Positions 48,670-61,238 are shown, counted from the stretch's first letter. The stretch is DNA of 64,000 nucleotides from Nemertoderma westbladi (GCA_032718475.1 JAUCBJ010008054.1:1331-65330), one strand, 5' to 3'. Program-made: numbers and translations. Notes: a model not told the origin generated them from the sequence alone.

Positions 48670-51577
48670 TCCGTGTTTTGTTTATTATTATTACAGTAGA
48701 GTATTCAGGTCAGGTGATAGTTTCCCGTTTACCATTACCTACCGTTACGTTACCTGAATGTATACTGGTATAGGTGTATACCGTAACTAATTAATACATT
48801 ACCTGAATGCATACTGTATGTATACCGTACGGTACCGGTAACTAGGTCAAAAATTTTATATCGGTAGCCTACCGGTAGGCCTACTGCTTCTGCTACAACA
48901 ATCTGACAATGGTCCTTTACAGCCTTAACAATCAGACAATAGGCCTACAGGCGGACAAGATAAAATAAGAATGAAAATGCAGACAGACCAGCCAGCCAGC
49001 AGACAGATCTAAAATAAACTGATAAAAGCAGCCTCTGGCCTCTCGGCCTAACCCCACGAACCCTCCATTTTTTCTTTAAAAAAATACCATGGTTTTGTTC
49101 AGCCTCTGGCTGCTTGTGGCTGGCAGGGGCAGCCTGGACCGGGCCCGCACATCCACACGGCACGACCAGAACTTCTCAATAAGCAAAAGGAAAAGGCTGA
49201 AAGGTGAAATGGCTAAGAAGAATTATATAGACCCGGTAGGGCCTACCGGTGCGGTGACCTGTAAAAGAGAAATAAATAAAAATGGCCCAAAAATATTCGG
49301 CAAACTCGTAAAGCAGCAAAGGCAGAAAGGTCACTAGTTTTCAACTAGGCTAGGCAGCTAGGCCTGTCTGCCTGTAGGCTTTAGGCAGCTAGGCCTACCA
49401 CCGGTCCTGGGGCTGGAGCCATTGGTATTTCCATCATCTGAATGAAAAACTGGTTCTGGTACTATGATTGTCTCTGCATTTGTTTTGTCATTAGGGCTAC
49501 CACTACCAGTAGTCGTACTACTGCTAGGCGTAATATCGGTAGACGATACAAACGCATTATCAATTATATTTTGCCATTCTTCATCCACGGCATTACTAAG
49601 TCTCCTCCTCTTTGTCCAATAAGACATAACGCAACGGCCTGACGGTAGGCTAGCTAGAAAAGCCAGCAGGAAGCATATGCCAGTATAGTATGCAGTATGC
49701 GTACAAAATACAACAGAATTCAACAGAGCTCTCTGCTCTGGCTGTCTGGCATAGCTCTGCAGCTCTGTACAGCTGTAGCTGGAGCTGTGCCGCTGAACTT
49801 CCGCACCAGTACAGTACTGCAGTACCGGTAGGCAGATAGACCTAAGTACTAAAGTATTGAAGTGACTGCAGACAGGTGAGCAACAAAAAGCAGAAATGCT
49901 GAAATGTGAACACAAGTACTGTTGCATATACTGATGTAGTAAGCAGCACATAACAGCATAAGGCAATAAGGGTATAAATAGAAGGCATGGCCTACTTTGC
50001 AAAATATGTAGTACATTTGGCTCTGCTATACAAGGTGATTTGATTTACCACATGTTGAGGTTGAATCTACTGTATAATGTTTAATATTTAACAGCAATTC
50101 AAACTACTGTAGTTATTGCAGTTGAAATGCTAAAATTGAATCAAAGTATAATATTTAACTCTTGCACACTGTGGAATTGTTGGTTGAATTGGTAACATTG
50201 TTTCAACGTATAATATTTAACTCTTGCACACTGTGGAATTGTTGGTTGAATTGGTAACATTGTTTCAACGTATAATATTTAACTCTTGCACACTGTGGAA
50301 TTGTTGGTTGAATTGGTAACATTGTTTCAACGTATAATATTTAACTCTTGCACACTGTGGAATTGTTGGTTGAATTGGTAACATTGTTTCAACGTATAAT
50401 ATTTAACTCTTGCACACTGTGGAATTGTTGGTTGAATTGGTAACATTGTTTCAACGTATAATATTTAACTCTTGCACACTATGTAATTGTTGGTTAAATT
50501 GGTAACATTGTTTCAACGTATAATATTTAACTCTTGCACACTGTGGAATTGTTGGTTGAATTGGTAACATTGTTTCAACGTATAATATTTAACTCTTGCA
50601 CACTGTGGAATTGTTGGTTGAATTGGTAACATTGTTTCAACGTATAATATTTAACTCTTGCACACTGTGAAATTGTTGGTTGAATTGGCAACATTGTTTC
50701 AACGTATAATATTTAACTCTTGCACACTGTGGAATTGTTGGTTGAATTGGTAACATTGTTTCAACGTATAATATTTAACTCTTGCACACTGTGGAATTGT
50801 TGGTTGAATTGGTAACATTGTTTCAACGTATAATATTTAACTCTTGCACACTATGTAATTGTTGGTTGAATTGGTAACATTGTTTCAACGTATAATATTT
50901 AACTCTTGCACACTGTGGAATTGTTGGTTGAATTGGTAACATTGTATCAACGTATAATATTTAACTCTTGCACACTGTGGAATTGTTGGTTGAATTGGTA
51001 ACATTGTTTCAACGTATAATATTTAACTCTTGCACACTGTGGAATTGTTGGTTGAATTGGTAACATTGTTTCAACGTATAATATTTAACTCTTGCACACT
51101 GTGGAATTGTTGGTTGAATTGGTAACATTGTATCAACGTATAATATTTAACAAAAATACAATTATGTTCATTGTCGTTGAATTTTAACGTTGAGGAAACA
51201 GTAACATTTCAGAAAAATTAAAACTAGTTATTGCAGTTGATTTGTTAACGTTACACAAACGCATAATATTCAACGCATACAGAGTAAGTATTTTTGGTTT
51301 TATTATTAACAATATAATAACGTAATATAAATAACACAAGTAAAAATTTGGCATCATGGTTGAAGTTCTTACGTTGTATCAATGTTAGTCCTTGATATAA
51401 AACTAAAATAGGTATTTGTGGTTAAGTTCCTAACGTTGATGCAACATTTAAAGTTCAACTAAATAGCATGGTAGATTGTATGGTTGAATTGCTAAAGTTT
51501 CTATAACGTAATTTGCATAACGTTGGTTTGAGGCACAATTTGCAACTTCATATCAACGTACATAGAAGGTTTTAGTG
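46379..51577 (-). mobile_element. Truncated CACTA/CMC-like DNA transposon
   Basis: DUF4806-type spliced gene, probable transposase N-terminal remnant MSYWTKRRRL (about 49627-49400), TCAACGT/GTTGAA subterminal motifs, possible terminus CCACTAAAACC near 51576; 47250-47575 duplicates 51075-51405. Confidence 0.6.
50146..51150. repeat. 62-bp satellite, about 16 near-identical copies
   Basis: Unit GTATAATATTTAACTCTTGCACACTGTGGAATTGTTGGTTGAATTGGTAACATTGTTTCAAC. Confidence 0.95.
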
Positions 51578-51896
51578 GATATTGGATAGTGGACATTGAA
51601 AAATAGTAGAAGTTACCTGATGCTAAGTGTAGACACCCGAACACCTGTAAAATAAAGGTTGGTGATTGGATGCAGTACTAGCGTTGGGTGACTAATAACG
51701 CCTCTAGCGGAATAAGCGGGAACTTGAGAAGTTACCATGGTTACGGATGAAATGCTGACATCTGATTGGTTGAAATAATAACGACCACTGCTAATGGTTG
51801 AAATGGTGGCTTCTGATTGGCTGCAGTACTAGAAATGGATGGTAATGATGGGCTACGGGTGACCTTGTGCGGGGGGACATGTAATATATACTACTA

Positions 51897-52657
51897 CCCT
51901 GGGCGACGTTGAGTGGAGCACCCTGACCCTGGGCGACGTTGAGTGGAGCACCCTGACCCTGGGCGACGTTGAGTGGAGCACCCTGACCCTGGGCGACGTT
52001 GAGTGGAGCACCCTGACCCTGGGCGACGTTGAGTGGAGCACCCTGACCCTGGGCGACGTTGAGTGGAGCACCCTGACCCTGGGCGACGTTGAGTGGAGCA
52101 CCCTGACCCTGGGCGACGTTGAGTGGAGCACCCTGACCCTGGGCGACGTTGAGTGGTGCACCCTGACCCTGGGCAACGTTGAGTGGAGCACCCTGACCCT
52201 GGGCGACGTTGAGTGGAGCACCCTAACCCTGGGCGATGTTGAGTGGAGCACCCTGACCCTGGGCGACGTTGAGTGGTGCACCCTGACCCTGGGCGATGTT
52301 GAGTGGAGCACCCTGACCCTGGGCGACGTTTAGTGGAGCACCCTGACCCTGGGCGACGTTGAGTGGAGCACCCTGACCCTGGGCGACGTTTAGTGGAGCA
52401 CCCTGACCCTGGGCGACGTTGAGTGGTGCACCCTGACCCTGGGCGACGTTGAGTGGAGCACCCTGACCCTGGGCGACGTTGAGTGGAGCACCCTGACCCT
52501 GGGCGATGTTGAGTGGTACACCCTGACCCTGGGTGATGTTGAGTGGAGCACCCTGACCCTGGGCGACGTTGAGTGGAGCACCCTGACCCTGGGCGACGTT
52601 GAGTGGAGCACCCTGACCCTGGGCGACGTTGAGTGGAGCACCCTGACCCTGGGCGAT
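51897..52657. repeat. 30-bp tandem repeat, about 25 copies, encoding AQGQGAPLNV on the minus strand
   Basis: Unit CCCTGGGCGACGTTGAGTGGAGCACCCTGA. Confidence 0.95.
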
Positions 52658-52876
52658 GTGGTGGGGAGCGTCCTGGTCGACATATTTTCTGAACACGTGC
52701 TCCCTATTGATTGGCACTATTTTGATAATATGTACATGGGCAGCCATCACCATCCCTTCCACGTTAGTGGCTGACTTCGCACACCAAAACACATTCCACC
52801 GACGATCTCCGTACCGGTCGAATTCACCAACAACGTGGGCCCGGGCAGCGCCCCCTGGGATGCGATTCGTCTTTGC
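52223..52876 (-). pseudogene. Terminal exon of a second member of the 31928-33264 protein family, with a decapeptide repeat tail
   Basis: After a TAG acceptor: AKTNRI..RWNVFWCAKSA..HVHIIKIVPIN..RKY, which aligns with GWTVTGWYKCA..LHISTLKPSN..MKY; one CAG>TAG change within the repeat. Confidence 0.4.
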
Positions 52877-53189
52877 CTACATGATTATATAAAATGTGTA
52901 AATGAAACATAAAAAAATATGGATATTCTTGTCCCATGCATTTTTACAAGTATTTTTGTTATTCTATAAATATTACAATTCAACATACTGTATGTAGTAA
53001 TTCAACTAATTAATATAATTCAAAAGCTTGAGTTCTAATTTTTGCTGTTAGTTTTTGTAATTATGATAACTTTTATCCAAAAATACATTAGGTTCTAAAA
53101 TGTCAAACATGTGAGTGCCATATAGTTAGTTTTTTAGTTTATACTAATATGATTCAATACAGCAAATGTATTGTAGTTTTGTATTATAT

Positions 53190-54722
53190 TGTTAGCTTAT
53201 CCAATTCCGCTAACACCCCACAAAGTAAGCCGTTAAGCAATATTGGGAGCACGAGGTTGGGTAATCAACAACTCGTGTCACCCCAACAAAGTGGGAAGGA
53301 GATACGCACAATAAGGGTCAGGGGTCACACCCCTGACAGAGAGAGAATAGCAGGAGTGAAGGGAAAACACTCCAAAGGGCGCCAACAAGGTTATACCAGT
53401 TACACATTATTGCTGTATTACCGGTCAATGGTGCTATCTGCTATCATCCAATATATATTATTAGTACGACTATATACAGGATTCAGGAACACAAACTCTT
53501 ATCCTTTTCCATCACACGGTGTGGCTGACGCATACGAAACGACACCGGATAAACCGGGATCCTCTCGGATCCCGTCACAGTCTCAACTCTAGGCCTGCCG
53601 AACTGTGACTGATAGCCACTGAAAGACCAAAGATGAGTCGGAAAGGAAAGACAACACCGCCGCGGACCCCGGACGACAACTCAACGATCCGCGAGGCCAC
53701 GGCCCGCAATCCGGCAACCCAAGAGAAGGGGGGCCGTCTACAACGAGAAGGTGAGGGCGAGTTGGAAGGAGAAAGAGACGAGTCGACACACGACGGCGGT
53801 CGACGTGCCGATGTTGCCGGCCAGCCACAGGCCGAGGGCGACAGATGGCCCACCGGAACTGCAACGGTGGGGCCGCCGGTACGACGTCGGACCCGGAGAG
53901 ATGGAGGAGAGGTCGGCGACGAGGACGTCGGGGTTTCTGATTGACTTCGACGGGCCTACAACGCGACCCGGAAGTTACTTAAGGAGGCCAAGGAGGGGGC
54001 GAGGATAGACGAGGTAAAGCTGACAAAGGGACTAGGTGAGTCGGATAAACATTTTAGTTATCTAATGCGCTTCGGGCAGAGAGAACTGACCAAGGAGAGA
54101 GCGAGAGGGGTTGCCGAGGAACTGTGTGATTTATGGCGGTGTAGGGGTATGCAACCTAGTGTAGTGTACATAGGGCCATACTTAGTCGATGCCCGGGGAA
54201 TAAAATTAGTGGGTTGGAGAAGACCTGAGGAGGGCGAATCCGAGGTTAATCCCGAGGATTCGGTCTCGTCGGTCGGAGGGAATTCCAGTTCCGGGAGGCG
54301 GGGGAGAGTTAGTAGGACGGGAAGGCGGAGGGAATCCGTCACAACCGATAAGTCCGCTACATCCTCCGCAAAAGAAAGACGGGTGATGGAAATAAATGCG
54401 GTGTACCATCTCGATCTGATAGCGCAAGACCAGAGAGAAATACAGAGACAGTTAGAGGAAGGGGGTGTGCTATTAGAGAAGGAAATTGAACTGGTTAGAG
54501 AGACCGGAGAGAGGGCCGAGAGAGCCGCGAGAAGCTTTAGAGAGAGTGAGGGAATAGGGTGGAAGGAACGAGAAGAGCGTGAGGCGAGAGAGGAGAGGGA
54601 GCGTAAAGAGCGCAAGGCGGAACGTAAAGAGCGTGAGGCGAGAGAGGAGAGTGAGCGTAAAGAGCGCGAGGCGGAATGTAAAGAGCACGAGATGGCGAAG
54701 GAATTTTTAAAGGTGGAAGTCA
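53190..54722 (+). mobile_element. BEL/Pao 5' end: LTR candidate (53190-53516) and degraded gag N-terminus
   Basis: TGTTAG...TCACA, then ORFs with the BEL Gag motif VNPEDSVSSVG and an E/R coiled coil; ends abruptly at Polinton sequence. Confidence 0.65.
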
Positions 54723-54723
54723 C

Positions 54724-55165
54724 TTGGGTGTATTTAAAGGCTGTTTGAGTCCTGGAATTTATGGACGAGTTAGAAAAGGTCAGTCACTACCAATTGGTTA
54801 CTTCCCTAATGGAAGATACAATGGCCAAAGAGGGAAGGGTATTCTCGGTAACATATTAAGAACAGTTATAAAAGTAGCCAAGCCAATAGCTAAAGTGGCT
54901 GTAAAGTTGGAAAATTTGTACGAAAATCAGTTATACCAGCTGGAAAAAAACTTAAAAATTAAAAAATTAAAAAAAAAGTAAAACATATAGCAATTAAGGC
55001 AGCTTCTCGAATGAAGCCTAGTACACGAAAAGTAGCTAAACAAATTTATAAAGAGGTCTTAAAAACAGGAAAGTCAATCAGCAACTCCCCAACTATAAAC
55101 GAAGGTCGACAGGGAATTAGGAAGAAAAAGAAGAACAAACATTGTGAAGATATATTTGGTGAATA
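54724..55165 (+). pseudogene. Polinton copy 2 core/pX-like gene, 5' truncated and frameshifted
   Basis: VFKG..QRGKGILGNILRTVIKVAKPIAKV, then RMKPSTRKV..KHCEDIF, matching copy 1 (KMKPSTRSV..KHCEKSIF). Confidence 0.75.
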
Positions 55166-55174
55166 ATAATAATA

Positions 55175-56425
55175 ATGGCAACTGTAACAAAAAGAGAAAT
55201 TGCTCTATTTGATTCTAAACTATCGCAAACTGAATTTGCATCTTGTCATGTACAGGAAGTCCACCTTATATCTCCTTTGCATGCGAGTTCACTCATTAAT
55301 GAATTCGATTTTGGGACATCTGATCGCTTCTATACGCCACTGCATAAGACGCTATTGGAAATTCCTTATGAAGTTGGCTGGGATGCTCGTGAGGGGGAGG
55401 CTTTAGTCCATCATACAAACTATCCTATTAATACACTATTTAGTAACCTACAACTACTCCTTAATGATCAAGAAGTTGAGACGGCAAATAATCATTATGC
55501 ACAGAAAGGTATATTCCAAGTTATTTTATTCTCAGACAATGATCTCAAGAAAACAACATTACAAGCCGGTGGATTCGTTAAACCAAGTGATACAAATGGA
55601 ATTGCTGTTGCTAATGTTATTGCCCCTAATAAACATAAGCGTCAAATCATTGGTCCTATAATTAGTGACATTTTTGCCCAAGGAAAAGCAATTCCTCCTG
55701 GTGTTTCTATTAAAATTAGATTTACACGTCATTCAAATTCATTTTTTATCAAATCTGATGGTAATGTAACAAACCCTCGTGTTCAAATTACCTATGCCGT
55801 ATGTCACGTGACTAGGTATGAACTAAATAGTGAAATAATGCGAGCACATCAAATGGGTCTTCAAAAGGATGATTTTAAATTTCCTTTAAACAAACATCTT
55901 GTTACAACATTTACTATTGCAAGAGGAACCAACACACATACCCGAAATGACCCATTTCAAGGTACTTTACCTAAATTTGTTGTCATGGCAATGACCAATC
56001 AGACCAATTTAGCCTACAGTGGATCATTTACATCCGACCCTTTATTATTTAATCATTTTAATATAAATCATGCCGAATTGAATGTTGATGGGAAAATAAT
56101 TAGAGGAAGGGCATTTAAACCTAATTTTCCCAACGATACTTTCATGAATGAATACCTTGCCTTTCAATTGACTTTGAATGATTATATGCTTGGATCAGGA
56201 AATGCTATTAAACCTGATGATTACAAAAACTACTATCCGTGGCTAATTTGGGACCTTACAGCTAATAACGACTTAATTGACCAATTTCAACCAAAACAAT
56301 TTTCCAATGGAATATTGAAATTGCATTTTGGGACTGGTTTACCTGAGACAGTAAATGTGATTCTATTATGTGGATATGATGCAATGATGAGAATCAGTCT
56401 CGATGGACAAGTTCGCATATTCTAA
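55175..56425 (+). CDS. Polinton copy 2 major capsid protein (hexon)
   Basis: 416 aa, colinear with 42203-43462 (NYP, VE..NNHY, AYSG, PNF, WDLTA, ET.NVI). Confidence 0.9.
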   Translation: MATVTKREIALFDSKLSQTEFASCHVQEVHLISPLHASSLINEFDFGTSDRFYTPLHKTLLEIPYEVGWDAREGEALVHHTNYPINTLFSNLQLLLNDQEVETANNHYAQKGIFQVILFSDNDLKKTTLQAGGFVKPSDTNGIAVANVIAPNKHKRQIIGPIISDIFAQGKAIPPGVSIKIRFTRHSNSFFIKSDGNVTNPRVQITYAVCHVTRYELNSEIMRAHQMGLQKDDFKFPLNKHLVTTFTIARGTNTHTRNDPFQGTLPKFVVMAMTNQTNLAYSGSFTSDPLLFNHFNINHAELNVDGKIIRGRAFKPNFPNDTFMNEYLAFQLTLNDYMLGSGNAIKPDDYKNYYPWLIWDLTANNDLIDQFQPKQFSNGILKLHFGTGLPETVNVILLCGYDAMMRISLDGQVRIF

Positions 56426-56428
56426 ACA

Positions 56429-56887
56429 ATGCTAAATTCTAGAGACTTAAAGAACTTTGAAATTGGTAAACACTATTTAGGTTGCTTTGCCAGTAACCAA
56501 ATACCGAAGTTGGTGAATAAAGGTCAGGAATTTGGTTTAATAAGTAATACCCAAGGCAGTCATTTACCTGGTTCCCATTGGGTCTGTATTTATGGTAACA
56601 ATCACAGAGCTGAATATTTTGACTCATTTGGTCAGTATCCTCCACCTCAAATAGAAACTTGGTTGAATAATAATACAATGACATGGAGACGAACAAGGCG
56701 TATCTACCAACACCCAAAGTTTACTACATGTGGAGGGTATGTGATTTTTTATTTGACTAAAAGACCTTATATACATAATCCATTGGGGATATTTACTGAT
56801 AATCTGTTTTTAAATGAAAAGATACTTGGATGTTGGTTTCGTAACTATGCAAAAATTGTTCAAAAGGATTTAAAAAAAAGTCTATAA
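56429..56887 (+). CDS. Polinton copy 2 adenain-like cysteine protease
   Basis: ISNTQ..LPGSHW..YFDSFG..YQ....TCGGYV. Confidence 0.92.
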   Translation: MLNSRDLKNFEIGKHYLGCFASNQIPKLVNKGQEFGLISNTQGSHLPGSHWVCIYGNNHRAEYFDSFGQYPPPQIETWLNNNTMTWRRTRRIYQHPKFTTCGGYVIFYLTKRPYIHNPLGIFTDNLFLNEKILGCWFRNYAKIVQKDLKKSL

Positions 56888-56975
56888 TTTATTATTATTA
56901 ATATAATTATTAATGTTCTCAAACTATAATCAATACATATCCTGAATTAATCCATGTTTGGAAGCTATATATAAT

Positions 56976-57200
56976 ATGAGTGGAAATTCTTATTCGGTTG
57001 GTGTATTACCTAAGGTACTAGCAACATCAGTGATTGATTTTCAATTTTACAAATTAAGCAATGGAGAAATAGTCTTCAAGGAAATATCAGTGGCAGATGA
57101 CTTTGGAATAAGCAATTTCATAATAAAACCGCCATTGAATAGAAGTCTAAACAAAAATGATATTGTGATAATCGGTTGGATAGAGAGAAATGGGAGCTAA
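56976..57200 (+). pseudogene. Polinton copy 2 DEDD/Maelstrom-like gene, truncated by a satellite
   Basis: VIDFQFYK..IVFKEISV..FIIKPP is homologous to 41120-41716. Confidence 0.7.
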
Positions 57201-57715
57201 TGGGAGCTATGGGCAATGGGATCTATGGGAGCCAATGGGAGCTATAGGAGCCAATGGGAGCTATAGGAGCCATAAGGAGTCATAGGGAGCTATGGGGAGA
57301 CTCCTCGGCTAATGGGAGCAATGGCCAAGGGAGCTATAGGAGCCATAGGGAGCTAATGGGAGCTATGCGCAATGGGAGCTATGGGAGCCAATGGGAGCTA
57401 TAGGAGCCATAAGGAGCCATAGGGAGCTAATGAGAGCTATGGGCAATGGAGCTAATGGGAGCTATGGGCAATGGGAGCTATGGGAGCCAATGGGAGCTAT
57501 AGGAGCCAATGGCAGCTATAGGAGCCATAAGGAGCCATAGGGAGCTAATGGGAGCTATAGGGAGCTAATGGGAGCTATGGGCAATGGGAGCTATGGGAGC
57601 CAATGGGAGCTATAGGAGCCATAAGGAGCTATAGGGAGCTAATGGGAGCTATGGGCAATGGGAGCTATGGGAGCCAATGGGAGCTATAAGAGCCATAAGG
57701 AGCCATAGGGAGCGA
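57190..57715. repeat. GGGAGCTA(A)T-type 9-11-bp satellite
   Basis: Degenerate tandem GGGAGCTAT/GGAGCCAAT/GGAGCCATA units. Confidence 0.9.
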
Positions 57716-57758
57716 GTGGGGGGGGGGGGGGGCTGGTCCAAAGCGGGGCAATCCCTCA

Positions 57759-59283
57759 CTACTCAAAAGCTGCTCCGAAAGTGATAAAGTGCTTCTTGAG
57801 ATCAACATCCCTGCTACAGTTTCGTCGTAGCCTTAAAGCTACACCATACGGTACATACTTGATCTGAGACGGTGGGTGAGACGAAGTCCTATGCAAATAC
57901 TGATGTATGTCCATAGGTTTGAAAAAAATATCTGTTTGAATGGTTCCATGGGCGTCAATGAAAATTTTTAGGTCCAAAAAATTAACTTCTCTCCCCCTCT
58001 GTTCAGTAACGAATTTAATTTGTCCTGGCTTTACTTGATCATTTAAATCCTCAACTAATTGTTTTAATTTTAAATCTATATCATGTAAATATAAAACTAA
58101 AATGTCATCCCTATATCTTCCAAATTCATCTGGGGAATTATCAGATTGATCTGCAATGGTGTCTATTTTGCGAGCTCCATAGGCATCAGTGTAAGAACAA
58201 GAGTAACTGGGACCCATTGCTGATCCTGAACACTGTGTGTAATGTTTATTGTCAAAAGTACAGTTATTAATTTCTAGACATAATTTGAGACCTTCTAGGA
58301 TACAATCTTTTGGTGGTGCATTAACTGTTAGGAGTTCTGGATAAAGGTCAAGTAATTCTTTGACGCTGTCAAGTCCATCTTTATTATCTACACTAGGGAA
58401 GAAATTTGCAATAACCAAACAAGCAAATTGGGCCGTTGATGGAAGTGGAGCATACTTTATATTATAGTTATCTATTTTCTCTAAAAGGTGTAATGTGTTT
58501 TTAATGTAGGCTGGATGCTTTGTTGCAAATGGCTTAAGAAAATTTTCAATTAAGATACTCAAATTTTGTGAAGCAGTTGAACAAGATGATAAAATATTTC
58601 TAAGTGGCCAATTGGGTTTGTGGGTTTTTATATTAGCGAAACCAACTCTAGCTTTCGCATGCTTATTAACAAGCCATTCTCTGTTGACTTTAATAACTTC
58701 AATATGTTTCCATTTGTTAACAAATGCAGCTATTCGTTTTGTATACTCTACTGTAGGGTTTACCTTCCCTTGCTGTGTAAATTGGGCTGTTTCACCAAGG
58801 TAGTTATTTATACCGTCTTTGTAAATTTGTCGTTCAGTTGCAACAAATCTTTTTGAACCTTTATCTTGAAGGCGCAACACAAAATCGTTGTCTGCCTTTA
58901 TGTTTTTCATTGCTGCACGTTCGTCCGGGTTCAAATTGTCATTACATTTATTCCTCAGTTTGGGATTAAATAAATCTGAATAAATGGCTGAGAGGAAATT
59001 GTCTATAGTTTGATTTGTCGATGTTAAATTAAAATAAACACTTCTAGCACCCTTGAAAGGTGGCGCCACTGTTGAATTACTTTCAGTTTCTTGTAGCTCC
59101 AAGTTCAACGGATTAACAATCTGTGTTTTTTCTGTGTTAGTCTTAGTGGCCCTATTAATTTGCTTTTCAAATTGGAGAAACTGATAACGAACTTTAGTGG
59201 CAAATGATGCAAAATCTAAATGTGCTTCATGAAGCTTTGGTTGCCATGGTAAAGGAACGAAAGAAGGACCTTTATTTAGAAAT
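57759..59283 (-). mobile_element. Penelope-like retroelement reverse transcriptase, truncated before the GIY-YIG domain
   Basis: LNKGPSFVP (in frame upstream of the listed ORF), DKG, KTHK..PLRNILS, Q.SGSAMGP, RYRDD, FLDL, KP....YLH..SSHP, RLRRNCS. Confidence 0.9.
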
Positions 59284-59679
59284 AAATACCTTATAATATA
59301 TACCTACCCATTACTGTTGTAATGATCAACAGGTTTTTAAACAATATTTTTTATTTGTATAATAATTTCAATTATTTTTTGCCGGTATTATATATTTTTA
59401 ATTATTACTTTTTATTACTTTATATTTGTACCTATATTAAACATCTATATCGTCTTATTTTTATATTTTCTAAATTGAATCATAAACCATTTTGAAACCC
59501 ATTAGGCCATTTCGTGCTCATCAACCCCCTTGATTAGTATAGTTTACCTCTTTAAATATAACGGGGGATATATATAAATTGCCAGTGAGTTTGTTTTTGC
59601 TGCTCATATAAATGGGAGGAGTTCAGGTTATTAAACAACGATATATATCTACATAAATATAGTGCTACTTGATTGTGTT

Positions 59680-60328
59680 TAATTGTGGTGTGTTTCCATA
59701 GCTGTTTTCTATAGCATTTGTGTTTCCATAGGTGTTTTCTATAGCATAGGTAATTTGAAATCTGCATATGTTCAATCTTTCTATAATAAAACTGCCCAAC
59801 GTCTGTGAAAAAAGTCTGTGTTATTGTGTTTAATTAGTCACTTATATAATTGTGTTGTGTTTCCATAGCTGTTTTCTACAGCATTTGTGTTTCCATAGGT
59901 GTTTTCTATAGCATAGGTAATTTGAAATCTGCATATGTTCAATCTTTCTATAATAAAACTGCCCAACGTCTGTGAAAAAAGTCTGTGTTATTGTGTTTAA
60001 TTAGTCACTTATATAATTGTGTTGTGTTTCCATAGCTGTTTTCTACAGCATTTGTGTTTCCATAGGTGTTTTCTATAGCATAGGTAATTTGAAATCTGCA
60101 TATGTTCAATCTTTCTATAATAAAACTGCCCAACGTCTGTGAAAAAAGTCTGTGTTATTGTGTTTAATTGTGTCACTTATATAATTGTGTTGTGTTTCCA
60201 TAGCTGTTTTCTACAGCATTTGTGTTTCCATAGGTGTTTTCTATAGCATAGGTAATTTGATATGTGCATATGTTCAATCTTTCTATAATTAAACTGCCAA
60301 ACGTCTGTGAAAAAAGTCTGTGTTATTC
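59680..60328. repeat. 167-bp tandem repeat, about 3.8 copies
   Basis: GCTGTTTTCTA recurs at 59701, 59868, 60035 and 60203. Confidence 0.9.
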
Positions 60329-60870
60329 AAGAAAAATTCCATTTTTTATATTCAAACTGCCACTTTTATTCAAGCAACTTGCATTCTTTTATCAAACAAG
60401 AGGATCTCGTCCAAATAGAAAGTCCGTGTTATTCAAGAAAAATGCCATTTTTTATATTAAACTGCCACTTTTATTCAAGCAACTTGCATTCTTTTATCAA
60501 ACAAGAGGATCTCGTCCAAATAGAAAGTCCGTGTTATTCAAGAAAAATGCAATTTTTTATATTAAACTGCCACTTTTATTCAAGCAACTTGCATTCTTTT
60601 ATCAAACAAGAGGATCTCGTCCAAATAGAAAGTCCGTGTTATTCAAGAAAAATGCCATTTTTTATATTCAAACTGCAACTTTTATTCAAGCAACATCCAT
60701 TCTTTTATCAACAAGAGGATCTCGTCCAAATAGAAAGTCCGTGTTATTCAAGAAAAATGCCATTTTTTATATTAAACTGCCACTTTTATTCAAGCAACTT
60801 GCATTCTTTTATCAAACAAGAGGATCTCGTCCAAATAGAAAGTCCGTGTTATTCAAGAAAAAGGCCATCT
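60320..60870. repeat. 105-bp tandem repeat, about 5 copies
   Basis: GTGTTATTCAAGAAAAA...AGAAAGTCC recurs at about 105-bp intervals (e.g. 60426, 60531). Confidence 0.9.
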
Positions 60871-61238
60871 TATAAAAATTAAACAACCACTTATTAATTT
60901 TATAACTGCAGGTTTGATAAGCAACTATAATTCTAATAAGCATTAGTTTATTTGAAATTTTTTAACCGCTGGTTTTCCAAAAAAAGCGCCTCGTTCTGGT
61001 GTTGCACTTTAAGCGCAACTTTTTTGGAAAACCGGTTTTTAGTAAAAAAAACGCCAGTTACTTCTTTCAGTGTACAGACTTACGGTGTTTTGTCATTGTG
61101 ACATTTGTTTTGTCATTGTGACATTTGTTTTGTCATTGTGACATTTGTTTTTGCATTGTATCTAATGTATTTACATGCAGGTTGTACAATGCAAAAAGAC
61201 CGTAAGTACAAAAAATAACGCTGAAGTCAAAATATTAA

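Noticed and set aside
50146-52657. 62-bp and 30-bp arrays as CRISPR
   Set aside because: Pure tandem repeats without variable spacers
54065-54981. BEL gag-Polinton core fusion gene
   Set aside because: The junction at about 54722 is out of frame and the gag frame stops at 54748
40740-57200. A complete autonomous Polinton
   Set aside because: No pPolB, packaging ATPase, integrase core or terminal inverted repeats are visible; both copies are truncated
60264-60882. 203-aa and 191-aa ORFs
   Set aside because: Translations of the 105-bp tandem repeat; frames swap at indels
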